From Minisyncoccia bacterium (lineage in GTDB: Bacteria > Patescibacteriota > Minisyncoccia > Phycocordibacterales > Phycocordibacteraceae): DNA of 64,000 nt. The stretch spans positions 76,173-140,172 of the forward strand of contig JBEKII010000002.1 of NCBI GenBank assembly GCA_050011835.1, in the 5' to 3' direction. Shown here in pieces: positions 8,756 to 20,795 of the stretch. The position numbers were made by a program, and so were the translations under genes. Under the pieces are notes generated by a model. The model did not search any database. It was not told the DNA's origin and saw only the letters and a program-made list of their open reading frames with translations. Position 1 is the stretch's first letter. Every line of letters begins with the position of its first letter.

Positions 8756-9826
8756 ATGACCATGATTGCCGATAAGCGTCTCGAGGAACTTCTTGATATC
8801 GTCGTCGCGGAAAATGGTTCAGACCTGCATATTTATGCCGGCGGACCGCCAGTGCTTCGCGTTGCAAGCGCACTCGTCTCGGTCTCGAAATATCCAACAT
8901 TCTCTAATGAAGAGACCGAGGCGATGCTCAAAAGTATCGTGCCTGAAGGTCGCTGGGGCTCATTTAAAGAAAATCAGACCATTGATATTTCCTACGCACA
9001 CAAGAAAACGAATACGCGTTTCCGCGTCAATGGTTATTACGTACAAGGAACAGTCGCTCTCGCGCTCCGCCTCATTCCCCCCGCGGTTCAAACATTCGCA
9101 GAGTTGAATTTGCCCCCCATACTTGAGGTATTCACGCAACGCAAGCAAGGATTCTTCCTTGTCGTGGGGCCGGTGGGGCAGGGTAAGTCAACCACGCTTG
9201 CCGCTATGGTTGACAACATTAACAATTCGCGCACTGAACACATTCTTACCATTGAAGACCCGGTTGAGTATGTCTTTACGCCGAAGAAGTCGCTTATTCA
9301 TCAGCGTGAGGTCCATATCGATACTCCCGATTTCCGCACAGCGTTGGAAAGCTCATTTCGTGAAGACGTGGACGTTATCATGGTCGGTGAGATGCGCGAC
9401 CACGATACTATTTCTTCGGCGGTGACCGCCGCAGAGACCGGCCACCTCATTTTCTCCACGCTCCACACCAACAACGCTGCGCAAACCATTGACCGTATTA
9501 TCGATATGTTTCCTGCCGAGCAGCAAAACCAGGTGCGCGTACAGTTAGCTGGCTCGCTGGCAGGCATCTTTTCCCAACGGCTTATTCCGCGTATTTCGGG
9601 CGGACTCATTCCGGCTTATGAACTTCTCATTAATAACAATGCGGTCAGTACGCTTATCCGGGATTCAATGACTCACGAGATTGACACAGTGATTCAAACA
9701 TCTTCGCAGGAAGGCATGATTGACATAAATCGTTCGCTCGCCGAGCTCGTCAAGCGGGGAGAAGTGACGATTGAACACGCCTACGAGCGCGCTTTGGATT
9801 CCAAGACCTTTGAACGGTACCTCTAA
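8756..9826 (+). CDS. pilT: Twitching-motility (retraction) ATPase PilT
   Basis: 356 aa. Walker A GPVGQGKSTTL. PilT-length hexameric ATPase. Confidence 0.9.
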   Translation: MTMIADKRLEELLDIVVAENGSDLHIYAGGPPVLRVASALVSVSKYPTFSNEETEAMLKSIVPEGRWGSFKENQTIDISYAHKKTNTRFRVNGYYVQGTVALALRLIPPAVQTFAELNLPPILEVFTQRKQGFFLVVGPVGQGKSTTLAAMVDNINNSRTEHILTIEDPVEYVFTPKKSLIHQREVHIDTPDFRTALESSFREDVDVIMVGEMRDHDTISSAVTAAETGHLIFSTLHTNNAAQTIDRIIDMFPAEQQNQVRVQLAGSLAGIFSQRLIPRISGGLIPAYELLINNNAVSTLIRDSMTHEIDTVIQTSSQEGMIDINRSLAELVKRGEVTIEHAYERALDSKTFERYL

Positions 9827-9838
9827 ATCTATTTATTT

Positions 9839-11044
9839 ATGCTCTTCAAATATCACGCGATTGACCAGGACGGACACGGGCGGGGGGGAACCATTGAAGC
9901 TCTTTCGCAGGAAGTCGCTGTTTCTTCGCTCCAGCGGCGCAATCTCATCATCTCGTCGATTGAATCCGTAGAGAAACATTCGTTCCTTAATTTTAATATT
10001 CCATTCATTGGTAGAGTGTCCAACAAGGATATCGTTATTCTCTCGCGTCAGATAGCGACCTTGTTTGAGGCACAGGTATCTGCGCTCCGTGTCTTTCGTC
10101 TTCTCGCTTCCGAGGTTGACAATAAGCAGCTCGCCACCATTCTCTCAACGATCGGCGATGATCTCCAGGGCGGAAGTCCAATCAGTAAAGCACTTTTACG
10201 CCATCCGAAGGTCTTTTCAGCATTTTATGTGAATATGGTTCGCGCGGGAGAGGAATCCGGCAAATTATCGGAGACATTTGTATATCTCGCCGATTATCTC
10301 GACCGTTCGTATGACGTTATGAGCAAGGCGGAAAATGCGCTTATTTACCCGATTTTTGTCGTCGTGGTCTTCTTTGTCGTCATGGCGCTTATGTTGACGC
10401 TCGTTATACCGAAAATCAGCGCGGTTTTGGTTGATTCCGGCCAAGCGGTACCGATTTATACCTCTATTATCATCGGTTTTTCAAACTTTCTCGTCCACTA
10501 TAGTATTTTTATTCTTGCCGCACTTATCGCGGGCGGCTTTTATGTATGGCAGTTAAGGAAGACCGAACACGGGAAACTCATTCTTGATCGTCTAAAGCTC
10601 TCGGTGCCGTATGTCGGCGACCTATATAAAAAACTGTATCTCTCGCGTATCGCGGACAATTTCTCCACAATGCTTCATTCTGGAGTTTCGGTTGTTGAGG
10701 CGATAGATATCACTGGCTCCGTTGTGGGTAATGCCGCGTACGCGGCCGTGCTTGCAGAGGTCGGGAAGGAAGTAAAAGGAGGTTCTTCCATATCCGACGC
10801 CCTTGCACGGCATCCGGAAATTCCCGGTATTATGGTCGCGATGACGAAGGTCGGCGAAGAAACAGGCGAACTCTGGAATATCCTTACCACACTCGCCAAA
10901 TTCTATAATCGCGAAGTGGCGAATGCCGTGGATACGTTGGTTGGTCTTATTGAGCCGATTACGATCGTGATTCTTGGTCTCGGTGTCGGCATACTCGTCG
11001 CCGCGGTGCTTCTTCCCATCTATAATCTTGCCAGTGCGATCTAG
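9839..11044 (+). CDS. pilC: Type IV pilus platform protein PilC (GspF family)
   Basis: 401 aa. Two T2SS_F repeats and multiple TM helices. Confidence 0.85.
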   Translation: MLFKYHAIDQDGHGRGGTIEALSQEVAVSSLQRRNLIISSIESVEKHSFLNFNIPFIGRVSNKDIVILSRQIATLFEAQVSALRVFRLLASEVDNKQLATILSTIGDDLQGGSPISKALLRHPKVFSAFYVNMVRAGEESGKLSETFVYLADYLDRSYDVMSKAENALIYPIFVVVVFFVVMALMLTLVIPKISAVLVDSGQAVPIYTSIIIGFSNFLVHYSIFILAALIAGGFYVWQLRKTEHGKLILDRLKLSVPYVGDLYKKLYLSRIADNFSTMLHSGVSVVEAIDITGSVVGNAAYAAVLAEVGKEVKGGSSISDALARHPEIPGIMVAMTKVGEETGELWNILTTLAKFYNREVANAVDTLVGLIEPITIVILGLGVGILVAAVLLPIYNLASAI

Positions 11045-11122
11045 GCGGAGTTTATCCACACCCTTGTTTTTAGCCATAAAATATGGGTATACAATCTAGT
11101 CATTAACCGAATATAATTAATT

Positions 11123-11599
11123 ATGTACAACAATCGTTTCCGGGGCTTCACTCTTATAGAATTACTCGTCGTAATCGCCATCATCGGCATCCTTTCGGCG
11201 GTCGTGCTCGCGTCCTTGAATACCGCTCGTTCTAAGGGCAATGACGCAGCCATCCAATTGGACCTTGCGACCATTCAGACCCAGGCGGAAATTTATTATG
11301 GGAATAATTCGAACAAGTACAACTCGGACGGTACGACTGGCGTTGCTGGTATCGCTTGCCCGGGAGTCGGTACCGCCACGCTCTTTGGCGATACGACCAT
11401 CGCGAATGCAATCAATGGCGTAAAGACTGCCAGCAGCGGTAACGTTGCATATTGCTATGCGGCTGCCAATGGGTCTGCCTATGCTGTTCAGGCGCCACTG
11501 AAGACCAATTCATCACTTTATTGGTGCGTTGACAGTACCGGGGTTGCTTCCTCAACCGCTGTTCAATTCTCCGGCGCTACGACTAAGTGCGGTACATAG
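11123..11599 (+). CDS. pilA: Type IV pilin (prepilin), paralog 1
   Basis: N-terminal RGFTLIELLVVIAIIGILSAVVLASLNTARSKGNDAAIQ, the class III signal and methylation motif. C-terminal Cys pair. Confidence 0.85.
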   Translation: MYNNRFRGFTLIELLVVIAIIGILSAVVLASLNTARSKGNDAAIQLDLATIQTQAEIYYGNNSNKYNSDGTTGVAGIACPGVGTATLFGDTTIANAINGVKTASSGNVAYCYAAANGSAYAVQAPLKTNSSLYWCVDSTGVASSTAVQFSGATTKCGT

Positions 11600-11613
11600 T
11601 TTTAACCGTGTAA

Positions 11614-12156
11614 TTGAATATGATTCCTATTCGCTTTCGCGGCTTCACCCTTATTGAATTACTCGTCGTAATCGCCATCATCGGCATCCTCTCGGCGGTC
11701 GTGCTCGCGTCCTTGAATACTGCCCGCTCAAAGGGTAACGATGCGGCTATCCAGTCCGACCTCAACACCGTTCAAACTGAAGCCGAAATAGCGTATGGCG
11801 GAGGCGGTACAGCAGGTCTCACCAATACGTACAATTCCACTGGCTCGGCCGTCTCGAGCTCCGCCTGTTCTGGAGTTACGACAGCAGGAACTATTTTCGC
11901 AGACACGACAATTCAGAACGCATTGAAGGGCGCAAAGAGCGCCGCAGGAGGCAGCAACGACAGCGACTGCGGCATTACCAGTACTGGTGGTGCGTATTCC
12001 ATTGCGGCGCCACTTGTGTCAGGTAAGGCGTGGTGCATTGACTCAACGGGTGTGGCTCGCGGTGCAACAGTTAACGGTCTCCCATATACAGCACTCATAG
12101 GTACGGTTGCAGCCGGTGGTGCCCATATCACAAGTGGGCAAACAACCTGCAATTGA
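11614..12156 (+). CDS. pilA: Type IV pilin, paralog 2
   Basis: Same N-terminal ~40 aa. The first ~90 nt of DNA are nearly identical to paralog 1. Confidence 0.85.
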   Translation: MNMIPIRFRGFTLIELLVVIAIIGILSAVVLASLNTARSKGNDAAIQSDLNTVQTEAEIAYGGGGTAGLTNTYNSTGSAVSSSACSGVTTAGTIFADTTIQNALKGAKSAAGGSNDSDCGITSTGGAYSIAAPLVSGKAWCIDSTGVARGATVNGLPYTALIGTVAAGGAHITSGQTTCN

Positions 12157-12198
12157 ATTAGCCCATAAATCAGAAGCTCTCTTCTGGTTAGAGGAAAA

Positions 12199-12237
12199 GA
12201 AATCCACTGTTCCTAACTGTGGATTTCTTTTTTTTGG
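12199..12237 (+). terminator. Rho-independent terminator between pilin 2 and pilin 3
   Basis: aaatccactgt-tcctaa-ctgtggattt followed by a T9 run. Confidence 0.55.
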
Positions 12238-12255
12238 TGTTATACCTATAAGCAT

Positions 12256-12765
12256 ATGAATCCAAAAAATAAGAACCAGGGCTTCACCCTTATTGAATTA
12301 CTCGTCGTAATCGCCATCATCGGCATCCTCTCGGCGGTCGTGCTCGCGTCCTTGAACACCGCTCGTTCTAAGGGTGGCGATGCTGCAATTCAGTCCGATC
12401 TCAATACAATCCGGATAGAAGCAGAGATTTTCTATGGGAGCAACACTAATTCCTATAACACGGGCTCAACCCTCGCATACAGTAATTGTTCAACGCATAC
12501 AGATGCTGGTTCAATTCTCGCTGACACAACCATCCAAAACGCCCTTAAAGGTGCAAAAAATACTTCAGGCAGTGATAGCGACTGCGGTATAACTTCTACA
12601 GCGTATTCCATTGCGGCGCCACTTGTGTCAGGTAAGGCGTGGTGCATTGACTCAACGGGTGTGGCTCGCAATTCAACCGCCAACGGTCTCCCATATACAG
12701 CACTCATAGGTACGGTTGCAGCCGGTGGTGCCCATATCACAAGTGGGCAAACAACCTGCAATTAA
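12256..12765 (+). CDS. pilA: Type IV pilin, paralog 3
   Basis: Same prepilin N-terminus. The C-terminal ~60 aa are nearly identical to paralog 2 (AYSIAAPLVSGKAWCIDSTGVAR...GQTTCN). Confidence 0.85.
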   Translation: MNPKNKNQGFTLIELLVVIAIIGILSAVVLASLNTARSKGGDAAIQSDLNTIRIEAEIFYGSNTNSYNTGSTLAYSNCSTHTDAGSILADTTIQNALKGAKNTSGSDSDCGITSTAYSIAAPLVSGKAWCIDSTGVARNSTANGLPYTALIGTVAAGGAHITSGQTTCN

Positions 12766-12791
12766 TTTAATAATAGTTTAATATAAATATT

Positions 12792-13250
12792 ATGATATAT
12801 AAATATAACAATCGCGCTTTCACCCTTATTGAATTACTCGTCGTAATCGCCATCATCGGCATCCTCTCGGCGGTCGTGCTCGCATCGCTGAATGCCGCTC
12901 GCTCAAAAGGCAGTGATGCGGCTATTCAGTCAGATCTGGATGGCATCCGAACACAAGCCCAGATCTATTACGGCAATAATGGCAGCAGTTACGGTTCGAA
13001 TGCCGCTGTAGAAAGCAATTGTAGCGCGACCGATAATATGTTCAGCGACCCAACAATCACAAAACAAGTGCAAGGAGCAGATACGGCAAATGGTCCCTCC
13101 GGTTCTGTAGTGTGCAACGTAGCTGCCTCTGGTACGGCTTATGCGGTGTCAGCAGACCTTGTCGCGACACCCGGAACGTATTATTGCGTTGACAGTACCG
13201 GCGTGAGCACGACAACGACAACGGCTCTGGACACCAACACAAATTGCTAA
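12792..13250 (+). CDS. pilA: Type IV pilin, paralog 4
   Basis: Same prepilin N-terminus, with a divergent C-terminal domain. Confidence 0.85.
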   Translation: MIYKYNNRAFTLIELLVVIAIIGILSAVVLASLNAARSKGSDAAIQSDLDGIRTQAQIYYGNNGSSYGSNAAVESNCSATDNMFSDPTITKQVQGADTANGPSGSVVCNVAASGTAYAVSADLVATPGTYYCVDSTGVSTTTTTALDTNTNC

Positions 13251-13294
13251 TTAAAAATATTTTCAAGTGACGCGACTCCGCTCCAGGCGGGATT

Positions 13295-14083
13295 GTGTTA
13301 CGTTATACTAATTCCTACATGATTCTCCTGCCGGTCGCACTGCTGTTCATTCTTGGTGCCATTGTCGCGAGTTTTGTCGGAGTACTCGTTGCGCGACTCA
13401 ATACCGGTCAAGGATTTCTTACAGGGCGCTCTCATTGTGATGCGTGCAATGCACCGCTTGCGCCATCTGCGCTCATACCGGTTATTTCCTATATTGTCTC
13501 TAGCGGACGCGCACGTTGTTGCGGTGCGCATCTTTCGTGGCATGCGCCACTTTCCGAGTTCTTGCTCGGCGGACTCTTCGCGCTTTCATATCTAAAACTC
13601 GGCCTTTCAGGCACATTGGTATGGATGCTCCTTTCGCTTTCAGTCCTCCTTGCGCTCACTCTTTATGACCTTGCGCATCAGATACTGCCGCCCGTGCTTC
13701 TCGCGCCATTTGTCGCAGTGAGCGCTGTAACTGGATTTCTTCTTGCGCCGTCTCTCTCACTATTTTTGAGCACTCTCTTTATCGCTTTTCTTATCGCGCT
13801 CTTTCTCGCGTTCATTCATTTTTTTTCGCGTGGCCGTTATATGGGTCTTGCAGATGCGCCATTTGCTTTCGGCCTCTCACTTCTCGCCGGACCGTTCGCA
13901 TTCCCCGGTTTCGTTTTTTCATTCTGGATCGGTGCCGTTGTCGGGATAATTATATTGTACAAGAGACCTCGTGGCTCTAGAATGGGAGTTGAGGTACCGT
14001 TCGCGCCTTTTCTGGCCGCCGGTTTCCTTCTCGCTTATTTTATTCAATGGAATCCATTCGTCTTCGTCGCGGCTTTACACTGA
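13295..14083 (+). CDS. pilD: Prepilin peptidase PilD (A24 family)
   Basis: Tetracysteine motif CDACNAP...CCGAH and polytopic membrane topology. Start could instead be at 13319. Confidence 0.8.
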   Translation: MLRYTNSYMILLPVALLFILGAIVASFVGVLVARLNTGQGFLTGRSHCDACNAPLAPSALIPVISYIVSSGRARCCGAHLSWHAPLSEFLLGGLFALSYLKLGLSGTLVWMLLSLSVLLALTLYDLAHQILPPVLLAPFVAVSAVTGFLLAPSLSLFLSTLFIAFLIALFLAFIHFFSRGRYMGLADAPFAFGLSLLAGPFAFPGFVFSFWIGAVVGIIILYKRPRGSRMGVEVPFAPFLAAGFLLAYFIQWNPFVFVAALH

Positions 14084-14709
14084 TCGAGCTTATGGTCGTG
14101 GTGGCGATCATCGGTATCGTTTCGTTAATCGTGTTGACCAACCAGAGCACATTTAATAAAACGCTCATTCTCCAGAACACCGCGTACGATATCGCGCTTA
14201 CGCTCCGCGATGCCGAGACCTATGGTCTTGGAAGTCGCGCCATTGGCATAACCGCGAATGCGGGATATGGTGTTCACTTTCAAAACGCGCCAACCACGTC
14301 TTTCATTCTTTTTGCCGATACTTATCCCTCAACTCCGAGTGCGTCCAATTGCCATGGAGTGCCGATTGACGGTGCAAGCGCGCCAGACGCGCAGCCCGGC
14401 GACTGCATCTATACGTCGAGCCAAGATCAAAAAATAAATGCTTATACACTCGGGAATGGAATCACGGTGAGTGATTTCTGCGTATTCAACGGCAGTTGGT
14501 CGTGCGCGCAGAACAATGGGTTGACTTCGCTCGACATCGTTTTCGCGCGCCCGAATCCGGCTACGTTCATAAGCGTGAACGGTTCGTATTCGGCGGCACC
14601 CGCTGTAACTGCGGCATGTCTCACCGTGAGCGCATCCGAAGGAGGTAAGCGCTTTGTTTCGGTCGCGTCGTCAGGAGAGATAACTGCGAATGCTACTTCA
14701 TGCCCATGA
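14047..14709 (+). CDS. Minor pilin / pseudopilin
   Basis: RRGFTLIELMVVVAIIGIV prepilin N-terminus. Overlaps the pilD 3' end. Confidence 0.65.
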   Translation: MESIRLRRGFTLIELMVVVAIIGIVSLIVLTNQSTFNKTLILQNTAYDIALTLRDAETYGLGSRAIGITANAGYGVHFQNAPTTSFILFADTYPSTPSASNCHGVPIDGASAPDAQPGDCIYTSSQDQKINAYTLGNGITVSDFCVFNGSWSCAQNNGLTSLDIVFARPNPATFISVNGSYSAAPAVTAACLTVSASEGGKRFVSVASSGEITANATSCP

Positions 14710-15914
14710 CACTGAAAATCAGAGGATATACGCTTGTGGAACTTATTGTCGCGGTCGGGCTTTTCGCGCTCATTATGACGCTCACAGCCGGCGCCTATAT
14801 TATCGTTATAGGTCTGACTGCACGGGCACAGGGCACTGCTTCCAGCATAGATAATCTCTCCTTCGCACTCGAAACGATGACGCGCAATATTCGAACGGGT
14901 ACTGGATACAATTGCGGCGGTTTGGGTGATTGCTCGAGCGGTTCCAGCAACTTTTCTTTCAGGAATGCACAGGGAACGGCGACGAGTTACTCGCTCTCGA
15001 ACGGAGTTATTATGACGCAAAACACCATTCCCCTCACCGACCCTTCGGTGAAGGTCACTTCACTTATGTTTTATGCGTCCGGCACCAAGACCAGCGACAA
15101 CTATCAACCTAACGTTACCATTGTCGTTTCGGGCACGGTTTCGTCCGGCCGGGGGACGACCCAATCCTTTTCCGTAGAAACGGGAGCGACAATGCGCGGA
15201 TCCGATATCGCCGGTATTGTCAGCAGCGGCGGCTCTGTAATCTATACCGCTGGGCAATCAGGCAATTGGACTGTGCCATCGGGAGTAACTTCTGTCATCG
15301 TAACGATGTGGGGCGGTGGGGGATCGGGAAGTTCTTACGCTGGCGGCGGCGGAGGCGGTGCAGGAGTTATTTATCAGTATCCTCTTACCGTAACTCCAGG
15401 TCAAATTTCTTACGCGGTAGGCTATGGAGGAGCGGCAGTTACAGGACAGGTTGACGGGAATGATGGACAACAGACCACTTTTGGTTCCTTAATCGCGTCT
15501 CCCGGATTAAGGGGACATAACTATAATACCCCAACAGATCGTGGCTATGGAGGTCGCGGAGGTAATGCCTCAGATAGCACTAACACAGGCACAGGTGGAC
15601 TCTGGGGTTATTCCGCCCATTACGCTGGTTACGACGGAAGTTCATACCCCACTACTTTATTTGGAGGGGGTGGAGGTGGTTATGGTGGTTACGCGGGAGG
15701 TGACGATGGCGTAGGCGGTGCTAGTTATAGCAATACTCATGCGGCTGCCGGAGCCACAATTGGAGGTGGAGGTGGAGCAAGTTACGGAACAGGCGGTGCT
15801 GGAAGTAATACCATTGCGAGTGCGGGAACAGATGGCGGCGGCGGCGGCGGATCGTGGACGGGTTCTTATTATTCTGGTGCTGGTGGTGACGGGAAGATAA
15901 TCATAAGCTGGTAA
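14700..15914 (+). CDS. Large minor pilin with a Gly-rich C-terminal domain
   Basis: RGYTLVELIVAVGLFALIM prepilin-like N-terminus. The C-terminal 200 aa are GGGGSG/GGYGGY-rich. Confidence 0.6.
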   Translation: MPMTLKIRGYTLVELIVAVGLFALIMTLTAGAYIIVIGLTARAQGTASSIDNLSFALETMTRNIRTGTGYNCGGLGDCSSGSSNFSFRNAQGTATSYSLSNGVIMTQNTIPLTDPSVKVTSLMFYASGTKTSDNYQPNVTIVVSGTVSSGRGTTQSFSVETGATMRGSDIAGIVSSGGSVIYTAGQSGNWTVPSGVTSVIVTMWGGGGSGSSYAGGGGGGAGVIYQYPLTVTPGQISYAVGYGGAAVTGQVDGNDGQQTTFGSLIASPGLRGHNYNTPTDRGYGGRGGNASDSTNTGTGGLWGYSAHYAGYDGSSYPTTLFGGGGGGYGGYAGGDDGVGGASYSNTHAAAGATIGGGGGASYGTGGAGSNTIASAGTDGGGGGGSWTGSYYSGAGGDGKIIISW

Positions 15915-15918
15915 AAAT

Positions 15919-16497
15919 ATGACTACAAAAGGATTCACCCTCATCGAGACCATGGTTGCCATCACGATTCTCACTGTCGCGATTGCGGGAGCTTTTTTTA
16001 CCGCGAATAGTTCACTCGTCGCTGCAGAAATTGCGCGCGACCAACTTACCGCTTCCTACCTCGCGCAAGAGGGCATCGAGTATGTGCGCATGATGCGCGA
16101 TGACGAATATCTCAAGGCTTATCAGGTAGGCGGCACGAACGTTTCGACTACCGCGTGGAATAATTTCTTAAATGGGTCTGATGCCGCATCGATTACCCAG
16201 TGTCGCGGTACGATAAGCAGTCCGATAACCTGTACGCTTGACCCATCGCGCTCTATGGGCTCGGGAAGTGGTTCTTCGCTTCAGCCCTGTTCTGGTTCTG
16301 CGTGTATACCACTCTATCTAGCGAGCACGGGCATTTATAACGAGCAAAGTTCAGGAACGAAAACATCTTTCACGCGCACCATACAAGCAGTCGATATTTC
16401 CGCGAGCGATGAACGTATTGTCTCAAAAGTGTCATGGAGTTTCCATGGCATCTCGCATTCGGTAACTATCACCGACCATCTCACGCCATGGCAATGA
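15919..16497 (+). CDS. Minor pilin / pseudopilin
   Basis: MTTKGFTLIETMVAITILTVAIAG prepilin N-terminus. Confidence 0.65.
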   Translation: MTTKGFTLIETMVAITILTVAIAGAFFTANSSLVAAEIARDQLTASYLAQEGIEYVRMMRDDEYLKAYQVGGTNVSTTAWNNFLNGSDAASITQCRGTISSPITCTLDPSRSMGSGSGSSLQPCSGSACIPLYLASTGIYNEQSSGTKTSFTRTIQAVDISASDERIVSKVSWSFHGISHSVTITDHLTPWQ

Positions 16498-17009
16498 AAA
16501 ATAAAAACCAGAAAGGTTTCGCACTTCTCGTCGCCGTCATCTTTATGTCGGTGATGCTTACACTTGGTCTTGCGCTCGCTTCCCTCGGCTATAAACAGGA
16601 ACTTCTCGCGTCAACGGCCATTGAATCGCAGTATGCATTTTATGCCGCCGATGCCGGTCTTGAGTGCGCTCTCTATGCTGATCAACAACTGGACTTATTT
16701 GATTATGCTTCGCATAGTGTGGCCACTCCTCCTAATACAATTACCTGCGATGGCGTATCGGCGACGCAATTACCTGGAAGTTATTCATATACTACTGGCA
16801 CCAATGGCACACTATCTGTCTCCGAACGTCTCTCGCTCGATTCAAACACACACTGCGCAATTGTAACGATTTATAAATACAGTACACCGCAGTCGCCAAC
16901 AAATTTTGTTACCTACCTTTTCTCCCAGGGCTTCGACGTTCCCTGCACTACCGTGGCGAATCCGGGAGGAACGCGCTTTGTATCGCGGGGTATCAGCGCC
17001 CATTATTAA
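16488..17009 (+). CDS. PilX-like minor pilin
   Basis: MAMKNKNQKGFALLVAVIFMSVMLTLGLALA. The start is placed at the internal Met so it does not overlap the preceding gene. Confidence 0.5.
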   Translation: MAMKNKNQKGFALLVAVIFMSVMLTLGLALASLGYKQELLASTAIESQYAFYAADAGLECALYADQQLDLFDYASHSVATPPNTITCDGVSATQLPGSYSYTTGTNGTLSVSERLSLDSNTHCAIVTIYKYSTPQSPTNFVTYLFSQGFDVPCTTVANPGGTRFVSRGISAHY

Positions 17010-19034
<2,025 letters not shown>

Positions 19035-19047
19035 TACACTGCGCATA

Positions 19048-19350
19048 ATGGCGACGAAAGAAGAAGTGAAAAAGCTCGCGGCGCTCGCGCGCATCCGCGT
19101 CGCGGACGCAGAACTTGATAAATTCACGAGCGAATTTGACGCGATACTCGCGTATGTTGGACAACTCGAAAAGCTGGACGTGCCGCAAAATTTCAAAGAT
19201 AAAAGGCCGCCGTTGCGCAACGTAATGCGTGTAGACGGTGAGCCGCATGTGCGGGAGGTATATACCGAGAAACTGGTAAAACAATTTCCTGCACGTGAGG
19301 GAACTGCGCTTGTCGTGAAGCAAATTATCCAGCATGACGAAACCGAATGA
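19048..19350 (+). CDS. gatC: Glu/Asp-tRNA amidotransferase subunit C
   Basis: 100 aa. GatC-like and immediately upstream of gatA. Confidence 0.75.
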   Translation: MATKEEVKKLAALARIRVADAELDKFTSEFDAILAYVGQLEKLDVPQNFKDKRPPLRNVMRVDGEPHVREVYTEKLVKQFPAREGTALVVKQIIQHDETE

Positions 19351-20767
19351 GATGACCATCAGAGAGGCCGCGCGCGCGCTCCGCGCGAAAGAATTTTCCG
19401 TGCACGAGCTGTGGGATGCATGCGCCGCCGCCGCGCGCGCGCGCAACAGCGAATTAAACGCATTTCTTGAACTATTTGATGCAGACGATGCGGCGATAGC
19501 TGCGGCACAGAAACGCATTGATACCGAGCGAGAATTGGCGGACGTATCGCTCCTCGCCGGCATTCCGCTCGCGATAAAAGACAACATACTTATAGAAGGG
19601 AAGATTGCGAGCGCGGCGTCAAAGATATTGGAGAATTATCGCGCAACTTATGATGCGACGGTTATAAGAAAGTTAAAAGAAGCGGGAGCGCTCTTTCTCG
19701 GGCGCACCAATATGGACGAATTCGCGATGGGTTCTTCAACGGAGCACTCCGCCTTTGGCACAACGTTGAATCCTCACGATGTATCTCGCGTGCCTGGCGG
19801 TTCTTCCGGCGGTTCCGCCGTAGCTGTTGCCGCGCATCTTGCTATTGCCGCTCTCGGTTCCGATACCGGCGGTTCCGTCCGCCAGCCGGCGGCGTTTACC
19901 GGTATCGTGGGATTAAAGCCGACTTACGGTGCCGTCTCGCGTTCCGGACTCATTGCTATGGGTTCCTCGCTTGACCAAATCGGTCCTCTGACTCAAACCG
20001 TTGAAGACGCGCATATTCTCTACAAAGCAATCCGCGGCAGGGACGCGATGGATTCAACGACCATTCCGGACGGACTCTACGGCTCGCGTGAGCTTTTGAA
20101 GCGTCTTCGGGTGGGTGTGCCGCGGCATTTACTTAATCAGGGTATTGATGCGGATGTGCGCGCCGCCTTTGATTCTATGCTTGAGCGACTCATGAACGCA
20201 GGACACGTGCTCGTTGATGTCGAACTGCCGATGAGCTCTCATGCGCTCGCGGCGTATTACGTCATCATGTTTGCCGAAGTTTCCACGAATCTCGCGCGTC
20301 TTGATGGCATCCGCTATGGCCGCGCGGCGCGCGGAGGAACCCTGCTTGACGATTACATCATCTCGCGCACCGAGGGCTTCGGGGGAGAAACGCGCCGCCG
20401 CATCCTGCTCGGCACTTTCGTTCTCTCTTCGGGCTATATTGATGCGTATTATCGGAAGGCGGACGCCGCGCGTGCGATATTGCGCCAAGAGTATGAAGGC
20501 GCCTTTCGGAAAGTAGATGTTATCGCTTTCCCCACGACGCCATCTCCGGCATTTAAATTTGGCGAGAAAAGCGACCCGCTCTCTATGTACCTTGGAGATA
20601 TCTTTACCGTGACCGCAAATCTTACCGGCATGCCGGCGATTTCCGTTCCAATGGGTCGTGTTGAGCGCGAAGGGAAAAAACTTCCTGTCGGCATCCATTT
20701 CACTGCGCCGCATCAGGCAGAACACGTACTCTTTGCCGCTGGAATTGCGGTGGAGAAGACGCGATAA
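19334..20767 (+). CDS. gatA: Glu/Asp-tRNA amidotransferase subunit A (amidase)
   Basis: 477 aa. Amidase signature GGSSGGSAVAVAA. Confidence 0.9.
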   Translation: MTKPNEMTIREAARALRAKEFSVHELWDACAAAARARNSELNAFLELFDADDAAIAAAQKRIDTERELADVSLLAGIPLAIKDNILIEGKIASAASKILENYRATYDATVIRKLKEAGALFLGRTNMDEFAMGSSTEHSAFGTTLNPHDVSRVPGGSSGGSAVAVAAHLAIAALGSDTGGSVRQPAAFTGIVGLKPTYGAVSRSGLIAMGSSLDQIGPLTQTVEDAHILYKAIRGRDAMDSTTIPDGLYGSRELLKRLRVGVPRHLLNQGIDADVRAAFDSMLERLMNAGHVLVDVELPMSSHALAAYYVIMFAEVSTNLARLDGIRYGRAARGGTLLDDYIISRTEGFGGETRRRILLGTFVLSSGYIDAYYRKADAARAILRQEYEGAFRKVDVIAFPTTPSPAFKFGEKSDPLSMYLGDIFTVTANLTGMPAISVPMGRVEREGKKLPVGIHFTAPHQAEHVLFAAGIAVEKTR

Positions 20768-20795
20768 ATCCTTCTCGCCGCGTATACTAGAGGCA

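Noticed and set aside
11123-13250. Possible CRISPR array, suggested by regularly spaced ~90-nt repeats
   Set aside because: The repeats are the conserved 5' ends of four pilin genes (coding, ~500-nt spacing). No short direct repeats with unique spacers occur anywhere in the window.
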